Under the pieces are notes generated by a model. That model made no database searches and was not told the origin of the DNA. It saw only the letters and a list, made by a program, of their open reading frames with translations. The translations under genes were made by a program, and so were the position numbers. A stretch of 64,000 nucleotides of DNA from an uncultured Chloroflexia bacterium (GTDB taxonomy: Bacteria > Chloroflexota > Limnocylindria > Limnocylindrales > CSP1-4): NCBI GenBank assembly GCA_963816675.1, contig CAWFLS010000005.1:100212-164211 (forward strand). The letters run 5' to 3'. Positions 1 through 11,533 of the stretch are shown one piece after another. Every line of letters begins with the position of its first letter. The first letter of the stretch is position 1.

Positions 1-2
1 CG

Positions 3-209
3 CTCGACCGGATCGCCGAGACCACAGGCGCCAAGGCGTTCGATGCCCCGACGGCCGAGGACCTGAAGTCCGTATACGACAACCTGCAGTCGCGCATCGG
101 GTACACCGAAGAGACACAGGAAGTGACCGTCGCGCTGGTCGCCGCCGGTCTCCTCCTCGTGATCCTGGGCGCGGGTCTGTCCGCCGTCTGGTTCGGCCGC
201 CTGCCGTAA
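3..209 (+). CDS. 3' end of a VWA-domain membrane protein (partial)
   Basis: Frame from base 3 reads LDRIAETTGAKAFDAPTAEDLKSVYDNLQSRIG, then a C-terminal TM helix and WFGRLP*. This resembles the end of BatA-like VWA proteins. Confidence 0.7.
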   Translation, partial: LDRIAETTGAKAFDAPTAEDLKSVYDNLQSRIGYTEETQEVTVALVAAGLLLVILGAGLSAVWFGRLP

Positions 210-256
210 CGGCCGCGGCGGGTCGGTTCGCCGGCCGCCTTCCCGCCAGTGATCTT

Positions 257-289
257 GTGGACGTCTACCATGAGATGGTAGACTTCCAC
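257..289 (+). promoter_or_regulatory. Inverted-repeat operator overlapping the -10 (TAGACT) of the leaderless vapB gene
   Basis: GTGGACGTCTACCAT-gag-ATGGTAGACTTCCAC has 14/15 matching arm positions. TAGACT lies 6 nt before ATG 291. Confidence 0.75.
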
Positions 290-290
290 C

Positions 291-548
291 ATGAGCCTGA
301 ACATCAAGAACCCGGACACTTATCGGCTCGTCAAGGAACTCTCGGAGCTCACCGGCGAGTCGATGACCGCCGCGGTCACCGAGGCGGTTCGTGAACGGCT
401 TGCGCGGCTGCGACAGGCAGGAGCCGATGTCGGGATGGCCGAGCGGATCCACGCCATCGCGGTCGACATGCGGGCAAGACTCCCCGACGATTTCTTCGAC
501 ACCGAGCACGGCGACCTGCTTTACGACGACGACGGGCTCCCGAAGTGA
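291..548 (+). CDS. vapB: VapB-type antitoxin (Rv0623-like)
   Basis: MSLNIKNPDTYRLVKELSELTGESMTAAV...LLYDDDGLPK. Its stop overlaps the PIN gene start (GTGA). Confidence 0.88.
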   Translation: MSLNIKNPDTYRLVKELSELTGESMTAAVTEAVRERLARLRQAGADVGMAERIHAIAVDMRARLPDDFFDTEHGDLLYDDDGLPK

Positions 549-988
549 TCGTCGATACGTCGGCGCTCGTCGCGATCATCAACCTGGAACTCGACGGACC
601 CTTCTACGAGGCCGCGATCGAGACCTCACGGATCAATCGGATGTCGGCAGCGTCGTACCTCGAGGTCTCCATCGTTATCGATCGGTCCCGCGATCCGATG
701 GTCAGCCGGCGGGTCGATGAGATCCTGTCCATCGGCAAGTTCGTCATCGAACCGGTTACCGAAGCACAGGCGCGGATCGCCCGGGAGGCGTATCGGGACT
801 TCGGCAAGGGGAGCGGACATCAGGCGGCCCTCAACTACGGTGATTGCTTCGTCTATGCCCTCGCTCGGGAGTTGAATGAGCCGCTGTTGTTCAAGGGTGA
901 CGACTTCCGCCACACCGATATCCCATTCGTAGGCGAACCGTCCGAGCGTCGCAGGCTGCACGAACTATGGGCTTCGTACGGCTTCTGA
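545..988 (+). CDS. vapC: VapC PIN-domain toxin
   Basis: MIVDTSALVAI...FGKGSGHQAALNYGDCFVYALA...LLFKGDDFRHTD are typical VapC motifs. Confidence 0.93.
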   Translation: MIVDTSALVAIINLELDGPFYEAAIETSRINRMSAASYLEVSIVIDRSRDPMVSRRVDEILSIGKFVIEPVTEAQARIAREAYRDFGKGSGHQAALNYGDCFVYALARELNEPLLFKGDDFRHTDIPFVGEPSERRRLHELWASYGF

Positions 989-1052
989 CCCAGGGTCTGC
1001 TGGGCAGTTTCGTATACGCTCGGAGTCCCCAAGCCTGACCCCAGGAGACCCG

Positions 1053-2319
1053 ATGCGCGCCTTCGATGCCGACGCCCTGAGAGCCGAGTTCCCGGCCCTC
1101 GCCCGCGAACAGGACGGCCGTCCGGTCGTGTTCCTCGACGGACCCGGTGGCACCCAGGTGCCGCAGCGAGTCATCGATGCCGTCGTCGACTACTACCGCG
1201 ACTCGAACGCGAACGCCGGCGGCGCGTTCAGGACGAGCCAGCTGTCAGACGAGGTGGTTGACGAGGGCCGCGCGGCTGTTGCCGACTTCCTGGGCGCGGC
1301 GAGCCCGGACGAGATCAAGTTCGGCCAGAACATGACGAGCCTGACGTTCCATGTCGGGCGGAGCATCGGCGCCACGCTCGGGCCGGGCGACGAGATCGTC
1401 GTCACCACCCTCGACCACGAGGCGAACGTGAGCACGTGGCGGGCGATGGCGGCGGATCGTGGCATCACGGTACAGACGGTCGACATCCGGCCCGACGACG
1501 TCACGCTCGACCTCGAGGACCTCGAATTGAAGCTGTCGTCGAAGACCAAGCTCGTGGCGGTCGGTTATGCGAGCAACGCGGTCGGGACGGTCAACCCCGT
1601 CGCCGAGATCGTGGCCCGAGCACACGAGGTCGGCGCGATGACGTTCATCGATGCGGTCGCGTACGCGCCCCATGGCGCGATCGACGTCCGGGCGCTCGAC
1701 ACAGACTTCCTCGCCTGTTCCGCGTACAAGTGGTTCGGTCCGCATCTCGGAGTGCTGTACGGCAAGACCGAGGTCTTCGACAGGCTGCCCGCGTTCAAGG
1801 TCCGGCCCGCCCACGATCGATGGGAGACCGGGACCCAGTCGTTCGAGTCGATCGCCGGCGCGCTGGCGGCCACCGACTACCTGCGCGACGTCGGTCGGAG
1901 TTACGGCGATGTTTCCGGCGCGCCGGGCGCGGCCGAGGGCAGCGAGCGCCGGCGCGAGCTCGTGGCCGGCATGACTGCGATCGCCGCCTACGAGCGGGAC
2001 CTTGCGCGCCGGCTGATCGGCGGCCTCACGACCATCGGCGGCGTGACTGTCCACGGGATCACGGACCCAGAGCGGTTCGCATCGCGGGTACCGACCGTCT
2101 CGGTCTCGCTCTCGGGCATACGGCCGCGCGCGGCCGCCGAGGCGCTGGCGCGCGAAGGGATCTACGCCTGGGACGGCGATTTCTACGCGACGGGCCTCAT
2201 GGAGCGGCTGGGAAAGTCGGAAGGTGGCGTTCTTCGCCTCGGACTGGTCCACTACAACACCGCCGCCGAGGTCGACCGTACACTCGAGGCGATCGAGTCG
2301 GATCGCCGCAGGTGGCTGA
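1053..2319 (+). CDS. Cysteine desulfurase-like PLP enzyme (aminotransferase class V)
   Basis: FLDGPGGTQVP, DHEAN and CSAYKWFGPHLG (PLP lysine) are present. The true stop is inferred at TGA 2317-2319 after a 1-nt indel near 2300. Confidence 0.88.
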
Positions 2320-2794
2320 ACAGACGCCAGGAACCGCCCGGCCGTCGATCAGGAGCCGGCTCGCCCGGCCGTTCGACCCTGCCGAACTCCGCCGCATCAA
2401 GCGCACCTGGGTTCGCCATTCGATCGCCGAGGACGCCCGCGACATCGATGGGCTGCTGGCGACCCTCTCGGACGATTGCATGTACGAGATCGTCCCGACG
2501 GGCCAGCGATGGGACGGCCAGGCGGGAGCCCGAGCGTTCTACACCGAGCTGTTCGCGGCCTTTCCGGACAATGCGTTCGCCCTGACCGAGATCGTCATCG
2601 GCCCCCAGGGCGCGTTCGAGGTGGCGACACTGACCGGTACGAATCAAGGGCCGTGGGCCGGTGTGCCGCCGTCCGGGCTGGCGGTCTCGCTCGAGGTCTT
2701 GATCCTCTTTCCCTGGGATCCCGTCACGCAAAGGTTCACCGGGGAGAGGATCTGGTTCGATCGCGGCACCCTCGGAGATGGTGGCCGCTGCTGA
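2312..2794 (+). CDS. SnoaL/ester cyclase (NTF2-like) family protein
   Basis: GTG 2312 start; HSIAEDARDIDGLLATLSDDCMYE...ARAFYTELFAAFPD...GERIWFD. Confidence 0.8.
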   Translation: MAEQTPGTARPSIRSRLARPFDPAELRRIKRTWVRHSIAEDARDIDGLLATLSDDCMYEIVPTGQRWDGQAGARAFYTELFAAFPDNAFALTEIVIGPQGAFEVATLTGTNQGPWAGVPPSGLAVSLEVLILFPWDPVTQRFTGERIWFDRGTLGDGGRC

Positions 2795-2931
2795 CCCGCG
2801 CCGGGGTTCGGGTGCATCGCCACGCGCCCGCAAGCCCTCCTCGGCTTCGATGTGGTGCCGCCGACGGCGAGAGCGGGCCATCATCGGCGGGAGGCGGCCG
2901 AAGCGCGGCCACGATCCCAGGGGGACTCTGA

Positions 2932-3727
2932 ATGTCACGCCCAATTCGAGTCGGGGGCGCTCTTGCGCTCCTGTCGATCGGCACGTTGATCGCGGCATGC
3001 AGCGGCACGGCGTCCAGCGCCTCTCCGGCGGCCTCCGCCGCCGCGCCTTCCACCGCAGCTTCGGCCGCGGCCCCGTCGGTGGAAGCATCGACTTCCGCGT
3101 CGGCGTCGGGATCGGCGACTTCGAGCGCCGCAGCGTCGCCGAGCTCCGCCGGAGAAGCCTCGTCGGGGCCGTCGGGCGGTGCCTTCCCGTCGTTCGATGT
3201 CTCCTCGGGCCTCGCTGGGCTAGCGAACGTCGACTCGTATCGACAGACCATCAGCGTGGGGGGCAAGCAGGTCTACGACGCGACCGTGCGTGACCAAGCC
3301 GGCGCAGGCGAGGGCGATATCGCTCGCCAGCGGCCCGAAGATCGTCATCGTCGGGAGCAAGGCGTGGCTGTCCCAGGACGGCACGACGTTCACGAGCGTC
3401 CCTCAGGGGGTTGCGACCGGAATGCTTGCGGCGTTCGACCCGAACCTCATGCTCGGCGCCTTCGGTGGCGATGCCCTGACTCGGACTGCGACGGACATGG
3501 GCACCGAGCAGAAGAACGGTGTCGATGCTCATCACTTCCGCGTTGACGCCAACACGCCCGGCGCGAACCTCGCGTCCTTCCCGCCAGACGCCGCGGTCGA
3601 CATCTGGATGGCGAACGATGGCTACCTCGTCGCGCTCGAGACCAAGGGTTTTGCCGGCGACAAGGACGTGCAGATCGAGGTCACCAACGTGAACGACCCG
3701 GCCAACAAAGTCGAAGAGCCAAGCTGA
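2932..3727 (+). CDS. Putative lipoprotein (LppX/LprAFG-like C-terminal domain), frameshift near 3290
   Basis: Lipobox LIAAC and a Ser/Ala-rich linker, then ...GTEQKNGVDAHHFRV...VDIWMANDGYL...VNDPANKVEEPS in the second frame. Confidence 0.7.
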
Positions 3728-3737
3728 CGGGGCCGAC

Positions 3738-4746
3738 CTACAGGAAGACCGGCCGCAGCCCCAGCTCGTCGATCGTGTGGACTCCGGGCGGGAGCGCCAT
3801 CAGCGGCCGCACGGCGGCCATCGCTCGGGCGCCGGTCGGTCGATACGTGTCGATGAAGACCTCACCGCGAAGGATCGTCTCGAACGACGGATCGCCTCTC
3901 ACGGTCACTCGGGCGGAAGCCTCCATGCCATCGCGGTCGGGCTGGAGGTCGAACCGGCCGCGCCAGACGGACACCAGCCGGCCGCCGGCACGGACGTTGG
4001 CCGAGACCTGACGGTCGTGGCCGCACACCGTCCCGGGCTCGACGATGTAGCCGTTGCGCTCCCGGCGCGCTTCCGCGAGCACGGCGACGCTCTCGAATAT
4101 CGGCTCATCGATGTCGAGACCGGATGACTCGGCGAGCAACGCGAGCGCCTCGACCATGAAATTCCGCATCATGAAACCTCGCGCCCGACTGCTCCAGCGG
4201 CCCACCGATGCCTTCGTCCCGAAGGATCCCGTGGCCCCACAGGGTCATGTCGACGATCCGCTCCAACGCGATCTCGTCAAATGTCACGGCGTTCGAGATG
4301 GACGCGAGCGGAAGGGTGATCGTCAGGTAGTCGAAGAAGCCCGTGCCCAGGATGCGGTGCCCTGCAGCACGGGCCGCCAGGTCGAGTTCCGCGGCCGCGC
4401 CGTCCCCGAGGATCGTCTTCGGGTGGACGAGGCCCGAGATGGTGATGGCGTCCTTGCCCGCCCGGTTGGCCCGCAGGCACGCCGCGGCGACTTCGGTCGG
4501 TGTCCCGAGGCCCGCGTAGAACACGACGTCGATATCGGGCCGGCCGAGGATCGCGTCCACGTCCGTCGACACCGGCGCGTCCAATCCAACGTCGAGGCCG
4601 CACGCCTCCCCGAGGTCCAGGCCGTCCTTGGCCGGGTCGTACGTGATCCCGCCGCGAAACACGAGCCACGGCCGAGTCAGCCCAGCCTCGACGATGACGC
4701 GCCCGCCATGTCCGGTCGACCAGATGGCCGCCCCGATCTTCTCCAT
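3738..4746 (-). CDS. NAD(P)-dependent oxidoreductase (DapB-like / amine dehydrogenase family), frameshifted
   Basis: MEKIGAAIWSTGHGG...DPAKDGLDLGEACGL...DIDVVFYA, ending ATGARAMAAVRPLMALPPGVHTIDEL-like in the second frame. Confidence 0.7.
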
Positions 4747-4822
4747 CGCGAGTTCCTCCGTCGTCCTGCGGCGAGTATGAGGAACGCGGGAGGGCCGACT
4801 CACGAGATCGCCCGCCCGAGCG

Positions 4823-7750
4823 CTACCAGGCGGCCAGCGCCCAGATCCCCGGGTCGGATTCGGGAGCGCCTTCGCCGATCTCCGCAAAGAGCGCCACCGC
4901 GCGCTTCAGATGGGCCATCGACTCTTCGGTACGGCCGGCCTCGTGGCAGATGTCCGCCACGTGGTTCTCGACGGCCGCCTCGAGATGCCGGTCTCCGATT
5001 CGGCGACATGCCTCGACGGCGGCTACGGCAGTCCCGATCGCCTCGTCCACCGACCCAGCGGCGGCGAGCGTCAGGGCGAGCGCGGTCGACGCGGCTATGA
5101 ACGCGGTGGGGTCAGGATCGTCGACCGCGAGCGAGAGGCTGCGCTCCAGTGCTGACCGGGCGGCCGCGACATCTCCCCTGGCCTGCGCGACGAGGCCGAC
5201 AAGCCGTTCCCCCACCCCCGCCAGGTGTCGGTCCGACGCTCGCGCGGCGGCATCCAGCGCATCGCGGGCGGCTGCATCGGCGGCGTCGAGATCGCCGGTC
5301 CGCAGCGCGACGAGACTCCGCTCGATCTGCGCCTGTGCACGCAGTGCGTCGGTGGGCGAAGCCGCCGCCGCGACCCCGGGCCCCAGCGATGCAAGCGCCC
5401 ACTCGAGATGGCTCGCAGCGGCAGCGAGGTCACCGCGCCGACGGTGGACGCGGCCGAGCGCGACCTCGATCGCCGGCAGATCCTCGGGTGGGGCGAGGGC
5501 CGCCGCCGTCTCGAGTGCCCTGATCGCGGCTGGGTAATCGCCGAGGCGCGCCCGAAGCTGGCCGATCCGCTCGTGGATGTGCGCGGCAGCCGACGGGTCG
5601 AGCGCAAGTGCCGCCTCCAGGTTGTCGATCGCCTCGGCGTTGGCGAAGACGCTCTCCGCCCGGTCGGCTGCCTCGAGGTAGGCCGCGACCGCGGCCTGCG
5701 GCCGGCCCCCTTCCCGCTCGTGGGTGGCGATGAGCGCGAATCGACCGACCTCGTCGCGGGCCGCGCCAGAGGCGTCGACTCGGAGAGCGTCGGCGACCCG
5801 CCGGTGGAGCAGCCGGCGCCGGGCGAGGCTCGTCATCTCGTATGCCGTATCGCGCAACCGGCCATGGCCGAAGTCGTATCGGATCGCCGCCCCGGCCGCT
5901 CCGGAAAGCTCCCGGACGATCCCACGGCGCGCCAGCTCCTCGAGCGCGAGGACCGTCTCCTCCTCCGACCGGCCGCTCGCCGCGCGAACGGTTCCGAAGT
6001 CGAACGAGCGCCCGATCACCGCCGCCGCCGACAGGATCTGGGCCGTCGTCTCGGTGACCGACGCGATCCGGTCGCGAATGATCGCGTGGACGCCTCGGCG
6101 CCCTTCGGCATCGGCCACCTCGCCCGTCGCCAGCGCCTCGACGACGTGGAGCGGCAGGCCCTCGGACTCGTCGAGAAGGGTCGCAACCACGTCGTCGATA
6201 GTCGGGTCTCGGACCGCGCTCGGGCCGTGCCGCGTGGACGAGCTCGGTGACCGCAGCTCGATCGAGCCGCCCGAGTGATATCACTCTCGCGTCGCGGGTC
6301 CGCGCGAGATCGTCGGCGGTCGCGAGTGCGTCCGGCGCGAGGTCCTCGCGGCGCCACGCGAGCAGGAACAGGATCGGCCGGCTGGCGAGCCTGCGAGCCA
6401 GGTAGGCGGCGACCTCACGGGTCGGTGCATCGACCAGGTGGAAGTCGTCGATCGAGATCAGTCCCGGTATCGAGCCGCCCGCCAGCGCCGAGAGCGCGAC
6501 GGCGATCGCTTCGACCAGCCGAACGCGACCGCTCGCCGGATCAGGAAGGGAGGAACTCGCGACGCGCAGCGAAGGCGGCAGGTCGACGAGCCGGCCGATC
6601 TCGAGCCGGACACCGTCGCCGAGCTCGGCTAGGCGTTCGATGCCGCCAGGTAATGCCATACCGGCACGAAGCAGTTCGGCGATCGGGCCATAGGCGATGG
6701 TCGCCTCGCCTTCGTATCCCCGACTTCCGAGCACCGTCCCACCGCCATCCCGGATCGACGCAGCCACCGCCTCGAGGAATCGGGTCTTTCCGATCCCGGC
6801 CTCGCCCTCGACGATCGCCAGGCGCCCGTCCGGGCCGATGTCTCGCCATGCACTAACGACTGCGTGGAGCTCGAGGTCGCGCCCCACGAGAGGCAGGCGG
6901 CGACGCTCTCCCGGTGACGCCTCCGCAAGCACCACCGATCGAAGCTTTCGGCGGGACCCTCGACGTCGACCGGCACGTCTGGCGACGCGATCGGCAGAAT
7001 GTCCCGCCTTCGGCTCGAACGTCCCCTCCCTGACCGCGTCGTACAGGGCCGTCGTCTCGCGGAGGGGCGGGACGCCCAGCTCGCGGTCCAACAGGGCGAC
7101 AAGCGCGCGGTACTGGCCGATCGCACCAGCTCGATCGCCGGTCCGCCCGAGGATCTCGATCAACCGGCGCTGACCGCCCTCGTCGAGCGGATCGAGCTCT
7201 ACCCTTCGGCGCGAGGCCTCGACGGCGCCACTGGTGTCGCCCGCGCCGAGGCGAACACCCGCCAGTCGCTCGAGAAGCTCGCCGACCGTCCGCTCGACCC
7301 GGCTCGCCCGCGCCGCGTGCCAGTCGTCGAAGGCTGGACTGTCGCGAAGGCTGAACCCGGCGAGGAACGGACCGCGGGCGAGACCAGCCGCGGCTTCGAG
7401 ATCGGCGGGCTCGCTGGATGCCAGCAAGGCGCTCGACGTCCGCGAGGTCGACCCACGCGGCGTCCGGGTCCACCCCGACCCGCGTCCGGTCGATCCGGAG
7501 CCCGCGCTCCCCGACCGCTGTGCGCAGCGCGGAGAGCGTCCGTCGGAGCGCGCCCCGGGCGGCCTCGTCGTCGGCGTCGGGCCAGAACATGGCGGCCAGC
7601 TCGTCCCGGGCGAACGGTCGCCCCTCCGCCGCAACCAGGGCGACGATGGCGAGGGCCTTTCTGCGTGTCGACGACGACGCGACGCTCGCCAGCGAGGATC
7701 TCGAGCGGACCGAGCAGACGGATTCGGAGCGCGAGATCGGACGATGGCAT
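4823..7750 (-). CDS. SARP-family regulator: wHTH + BTAD + P-loop NTPase + TPR (several frameshifts)
   Basis: LRIRLLGPLEI, FWPDADDEAARGALRRTLSALR, RGPFLAGFSLRDSPAFDDW, ELDPLDEGGQRRLI, Walker A GEAGIGKT, and C-terminal TPR-like helices. A -10 TACCGT lies 6 nt upstream of the ATG. Confidence 0.88.
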
Positions 7751-7781
7751 CTCGTAACGGTACCGCCGCGCCCGCGAAGCC

Positions 7782-7814
7782 CGTAACGTTATCCGGACGA
7801 TGACCGCGCACGCT
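7782..7814 (+). promoter_or_regulatory. Conserved promoter copy 1: CGTAACG-ttat-CCGGACG-N9-CACGCT
   Basis: Same layout as 13995 and 14470. The -10-like hexamer is 6 nt before ATG 7821. Confidence 0.7.
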
Positions 7815-7820
7815 CCCGCG

Positions 7821-9013
7821 ATGGATGACCGAGCCATCCCGTCCACGCGCCGTCAGCGCCTGCTCCTCGCAGTCGTCGTCGGCGCGATCGCGATCCCCGG
7901 GCTGTACTCGCTGGTCAGCGCCCCCGACCTCGCCGGCCTCTTCGCGGTGCTCGCGTTCACGACCGTCGGGGCGCTGATCGTCTATCGACGTCCTGCCGAG
8001 CCCGTCGGGCGGCTGTGTCTCGGGATCGGCGTTGTGCAGCGCTGTCGGCCTGTGCCTCCGTTCGATCGCGATCGTCATCGATCGCCAGCCCGGCCCGCTG
8101 CCCGCCGTCCGCGGCCTTGGTCGCCGTCATCGCGGATCTACTGACATCGTTCGTGATCCTGCTCAGTGGCCCGCTGGTCGTGAGCCGCTTTCCGCACCGC
8201 GCGGCCGCAACGTGGCAGCGACGCCTGGAGGATGGCCTCGTCGCGGTCGTCGCCCTGGTCCTCATCGCCCAGGCGACTCGACCCGGTCCGCTCGACTTCG
8301 ACTTGGTCGAGGCCGTCGAGAACCCGATCCACCTCGACTGGATCCCTTCGTCTGGTTACGACGTGTTGCCGTTTGCGTTCACCGCGTATGGCGCCGCGTA
8401 TCTCGTCACGATCGTCGGGCTCGTCATTCGATACCGCAGCGGCGGAGCCGTCGTGCGGGCACAGATCCGATGGTTCGCCGCCGCAGCGGGTGTCACCCTC
8501 GGCCTGCTGATCCTGCTGTTCCTCACGACCGGCGACGAGGCCATCAGCAACGTTCTGTGGGTGGCGTGGATCGGATCGCTCCTCCTGCCGCCGATCGCGA
8601 TCGCCATCGCGATCCTCCGCTACCGCCTCTACGACATCGATCGAATCATCAGCAACACCATCGCGTACGGACTCGTGACCGTCGTCCTGTTCGCGATGTT
8701 CGTCGTCCTCAACCTGGCGCTCGTTTCGCAGGTGAGCCCGCTCGTGAACAACGAGGGCGTGGCGGTCGCCGCCTCGACTCTGCTCGTGGCGGCGATGTTC
8801 AACCCGCTGCGGACCCGAGTCCAGCGCGCCGTAGACCGGCGGTTCCATCGTGCCCGATACGACGCACAGCGGATGGTCGACGATTTCGCCGGTCGCTTGC
8901 GGGACGAGCTCGACCTCCCCACACTCACAGGCGAGCTGGCTACGGCGACGAGTCACGCCGTGCAACCGTCGATGGCGACCGTCTGGCTCCGAGCACGGGC
9001 GTCCGACCGATGA
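7821..9013 (+). CDS. Multi-TM sensor-like protein 1, ending in a partial GAF (frameshift near 8040)
   Basis: Multiple TM helices, then AILRYRLYDIDRIISNT...VDRRFHRARYDA...RLRDELDL...VWLRARASDR*. Confidence 0.8.
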
Positions 9014-9065
9014 TCGCGTACGCTCGGATTCGCGACGGACAGACACCAGGCCGGAGCGGCGCCCG

Positions 9066-10297
9066 ATGATTCGCCGGCTCGCCCGTCCGTTTGCGATCCT
9101 CGGCTGGGTGGCTGCGGTCGCAGGTGCCGTCGGCGCCGTCACGCTGCGCATCGTCGACCCCGTCCCGCAGCTTCCAAGCACGTTCGGATTCGGGCAGGCT
9201 GCGGTCGTTGGGTTCGGTGTCCTCGGGATCGCGTTCGCTTCGGTGGGCGCGGTCCTCGGGGTCCGCCGGCCGGGCAACATCATCGGCTGGCTGATGGTGG
9301 TCATCGGCGACGGGTACGCGGTCGGCGTGTTCTGGGCGGCTGTGACCTTCTCGCTTGCTTCCCATCCGTCGATGTCGCCGGTCAGCTGGCTCGACGTGCC
9401 GGATCGCGGGGTGGTTGACCGTCCTGTTCACAAGTCTTGGCGGCGCCGTCTTCGCTCTCGGGTTCGTATTCCCGACCGGGCGCGGCCAGACGCCGGCGTG
9501 GGATCGAGCGCTGAAGGTCGCCGTGGCCCTGACCCCATTGATGTTCCTCACGGTCTTCCTGATCCGACCGGGGCCTCTCCACGTCTTTCCCACGGTCGAC
9601 AACCCGTTCGGGGTGGGGTTTGATCTGCGACCGTGGCTGGGCGACAAGGTCTCCGAACGAGTCTCGGCGATGGCCGTGATCCTGCTGCCACTCCTCATCT
9701 GGTCCGTCGTTTCCCGGTACCGGTCGGCCGGAAAGGTCGAGCGCCAGCAGCTCAAGTGGTTCGGGCTGGCTATCGGGGTCACGATCGGATGCCTCGCGCT
9801 CGCGGGGGCCAGCGCGTCACTCATGGACGATCCGCCGGAGATCGGGCTCGCCCTGTTCGGTTTCGTCGGCGCGCTGCGTGCCGGTGGCCATCGGCATCGC
9901 GATCCTTCGGTATCACCTCTACGACCTCGATCGGGTCGTCAGCCGCACGGTTGCCTACAGCCTGGTGATCGCGCTCCTCGGCGTCGTGTTCGTCGCGGTC
10001 GTGTTCGGCCTGCAAGCGCTGCTCGCCCCAGTCACCTCGGGCCAGACCATCCCTGTCGCGGCGTCCACCCTCCTGGTCCTGACGTTGTTCCAGCCGATCT
10101 ACCGGCGTGTCAGGCGCGCCGTCGACCGACGCTTCGACCGAGCTCGCTACGACGCGGACCGGACGGCCGAGGCGTTCGCCGGGCGCCTTCGCGACGAGAC
10201 GAACCTCGCCGCGGTGACCTCAGACCTCACCCGGACGACCACGGCTTCGCTCTCGCCTGCCACCCTCGGGATCTGGCTGCGGGGGACCGGCCGATGA
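9066..10297 (+). CDS. Multi-TM sensor-like protein 2 (frameshifts near 9400 and 9877)
   Basis: MIRRLARPFAIL..., FPTGRG, ERQQLKWF, ILRYHLYDLDRVVSRT, VDRRFDRARYDA...IWLRGTGR*. Confidence 0.8.
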
Positions 10298-11533
10298 TGC
10301 GGAGGCTCGCCGGGCCGTTTGCGACCATCGGTTTGCTGGTCGCGATCCTCGCCGTCATCGGAACCATGGTGGTCCGGATCGTCGCCCCGGCGCCGTTCAT
10401 CACGATCTCCTTCGGATTCGGGCCCGCCGTCATGGTCGCGTTCCTCGTCATGGGCGTGACATGGGCGACGATCGGGGCATTTCTCGTCGTTCGGCGCCCG
10501 GACAACGCCATCGGCTGGTACGTCGTCGCAGTCGGCGTCGGCTACGCCCTGTCGATGCTGTTCCTGGCAGCTGACATTCGCGTTCGTCGACGAGGGGACC
10601 GCGGACGGGCTCAGGAGGGCCGAGCTCGCAGGATGGGCCACCGTGCTGTGTACCCAGGTCGGGGCATTCGCGTTCGTCATCGGGTTCGTGTTTCCAACGG
10701 GTCGCACGCAGGGTCCCGGCTGGGCACGATTCTTCAGGGTCTTTTGCGTGATGCTCCTGATCTTCAGCGCAATCGTCCTGTTCCAACCGGGCGCCCTGCA
10801 CCTCGCCCCGTCGCTCCGCAACCCATTCGGCATCGGGCCGGATCTGCGCGGCGGGCAACAGATGTCGCCCGTCCTGTCGCTGTTCGCGTTGATCGCCCTC
10901 CCGGCCGTTGTCATCTCCCTCACGACCCGGTACCGGAACGCGAAGCTGATCGAACGGCAGCAGCTGAAATGGTTGATGCTCAGCCTCCTCCTTTCCTGTG
11001 TCGGCCTTACCGCCCTCTTCTTCACGGCAGTGCTGACCAATGGACCCCAGGAGCAGCTCGGTCTGGCGCTCTACGCCGTCGCGCTGACCGGCGTCCCGAT
11101 CGCGATCGGCATCGCCATCCTCCGCCATGGCCTGTATGACATCGATCGGCTCATCAGCCGGACATTCGCGTACGGCGTCGTCACGGCCGTGCTGGCGTTG
11201 GTCTTCACCTCGCTGGTCCTGCTGCTCGGCGGTGCGCTCACCTCCGTCACGCGGGGGCTCATCCCGGTGGCACAGGGCGAGACGATCGCGGTGGCCGCCT
11301 CGACCGTCGTGGTCTTCCTCCTGTTCCAGCCAGTCCGAAAGCGTGTCCAGGGATCTGTCGACCGGCGGTTCGACCGGGCGCGCTTTGACGCCGAGGTGGT
11401 CGTGAGGGCCTTCGCCTCTCGCCTCCGCGACGACGTCGACCTTGCCGCAGTGAGCCGGGAGGTCGCGCATACAGCCACGAACGCCGTGCACCCGAGGAGC
11501 GTCACGATCTGGCTGCGCGGAACCCGGCGATGA
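10294..11533 (+). CDS. Multi-TM sensor-like protein 3 (frameshift near 10570)
   Basis: ATGA overlap with gene 2; FPTGR, ERQQLKWL, ILRHGLYDIDRLISRT, VDRRFDRARFDA...IWLRGTRR*. Confidence 0.8.
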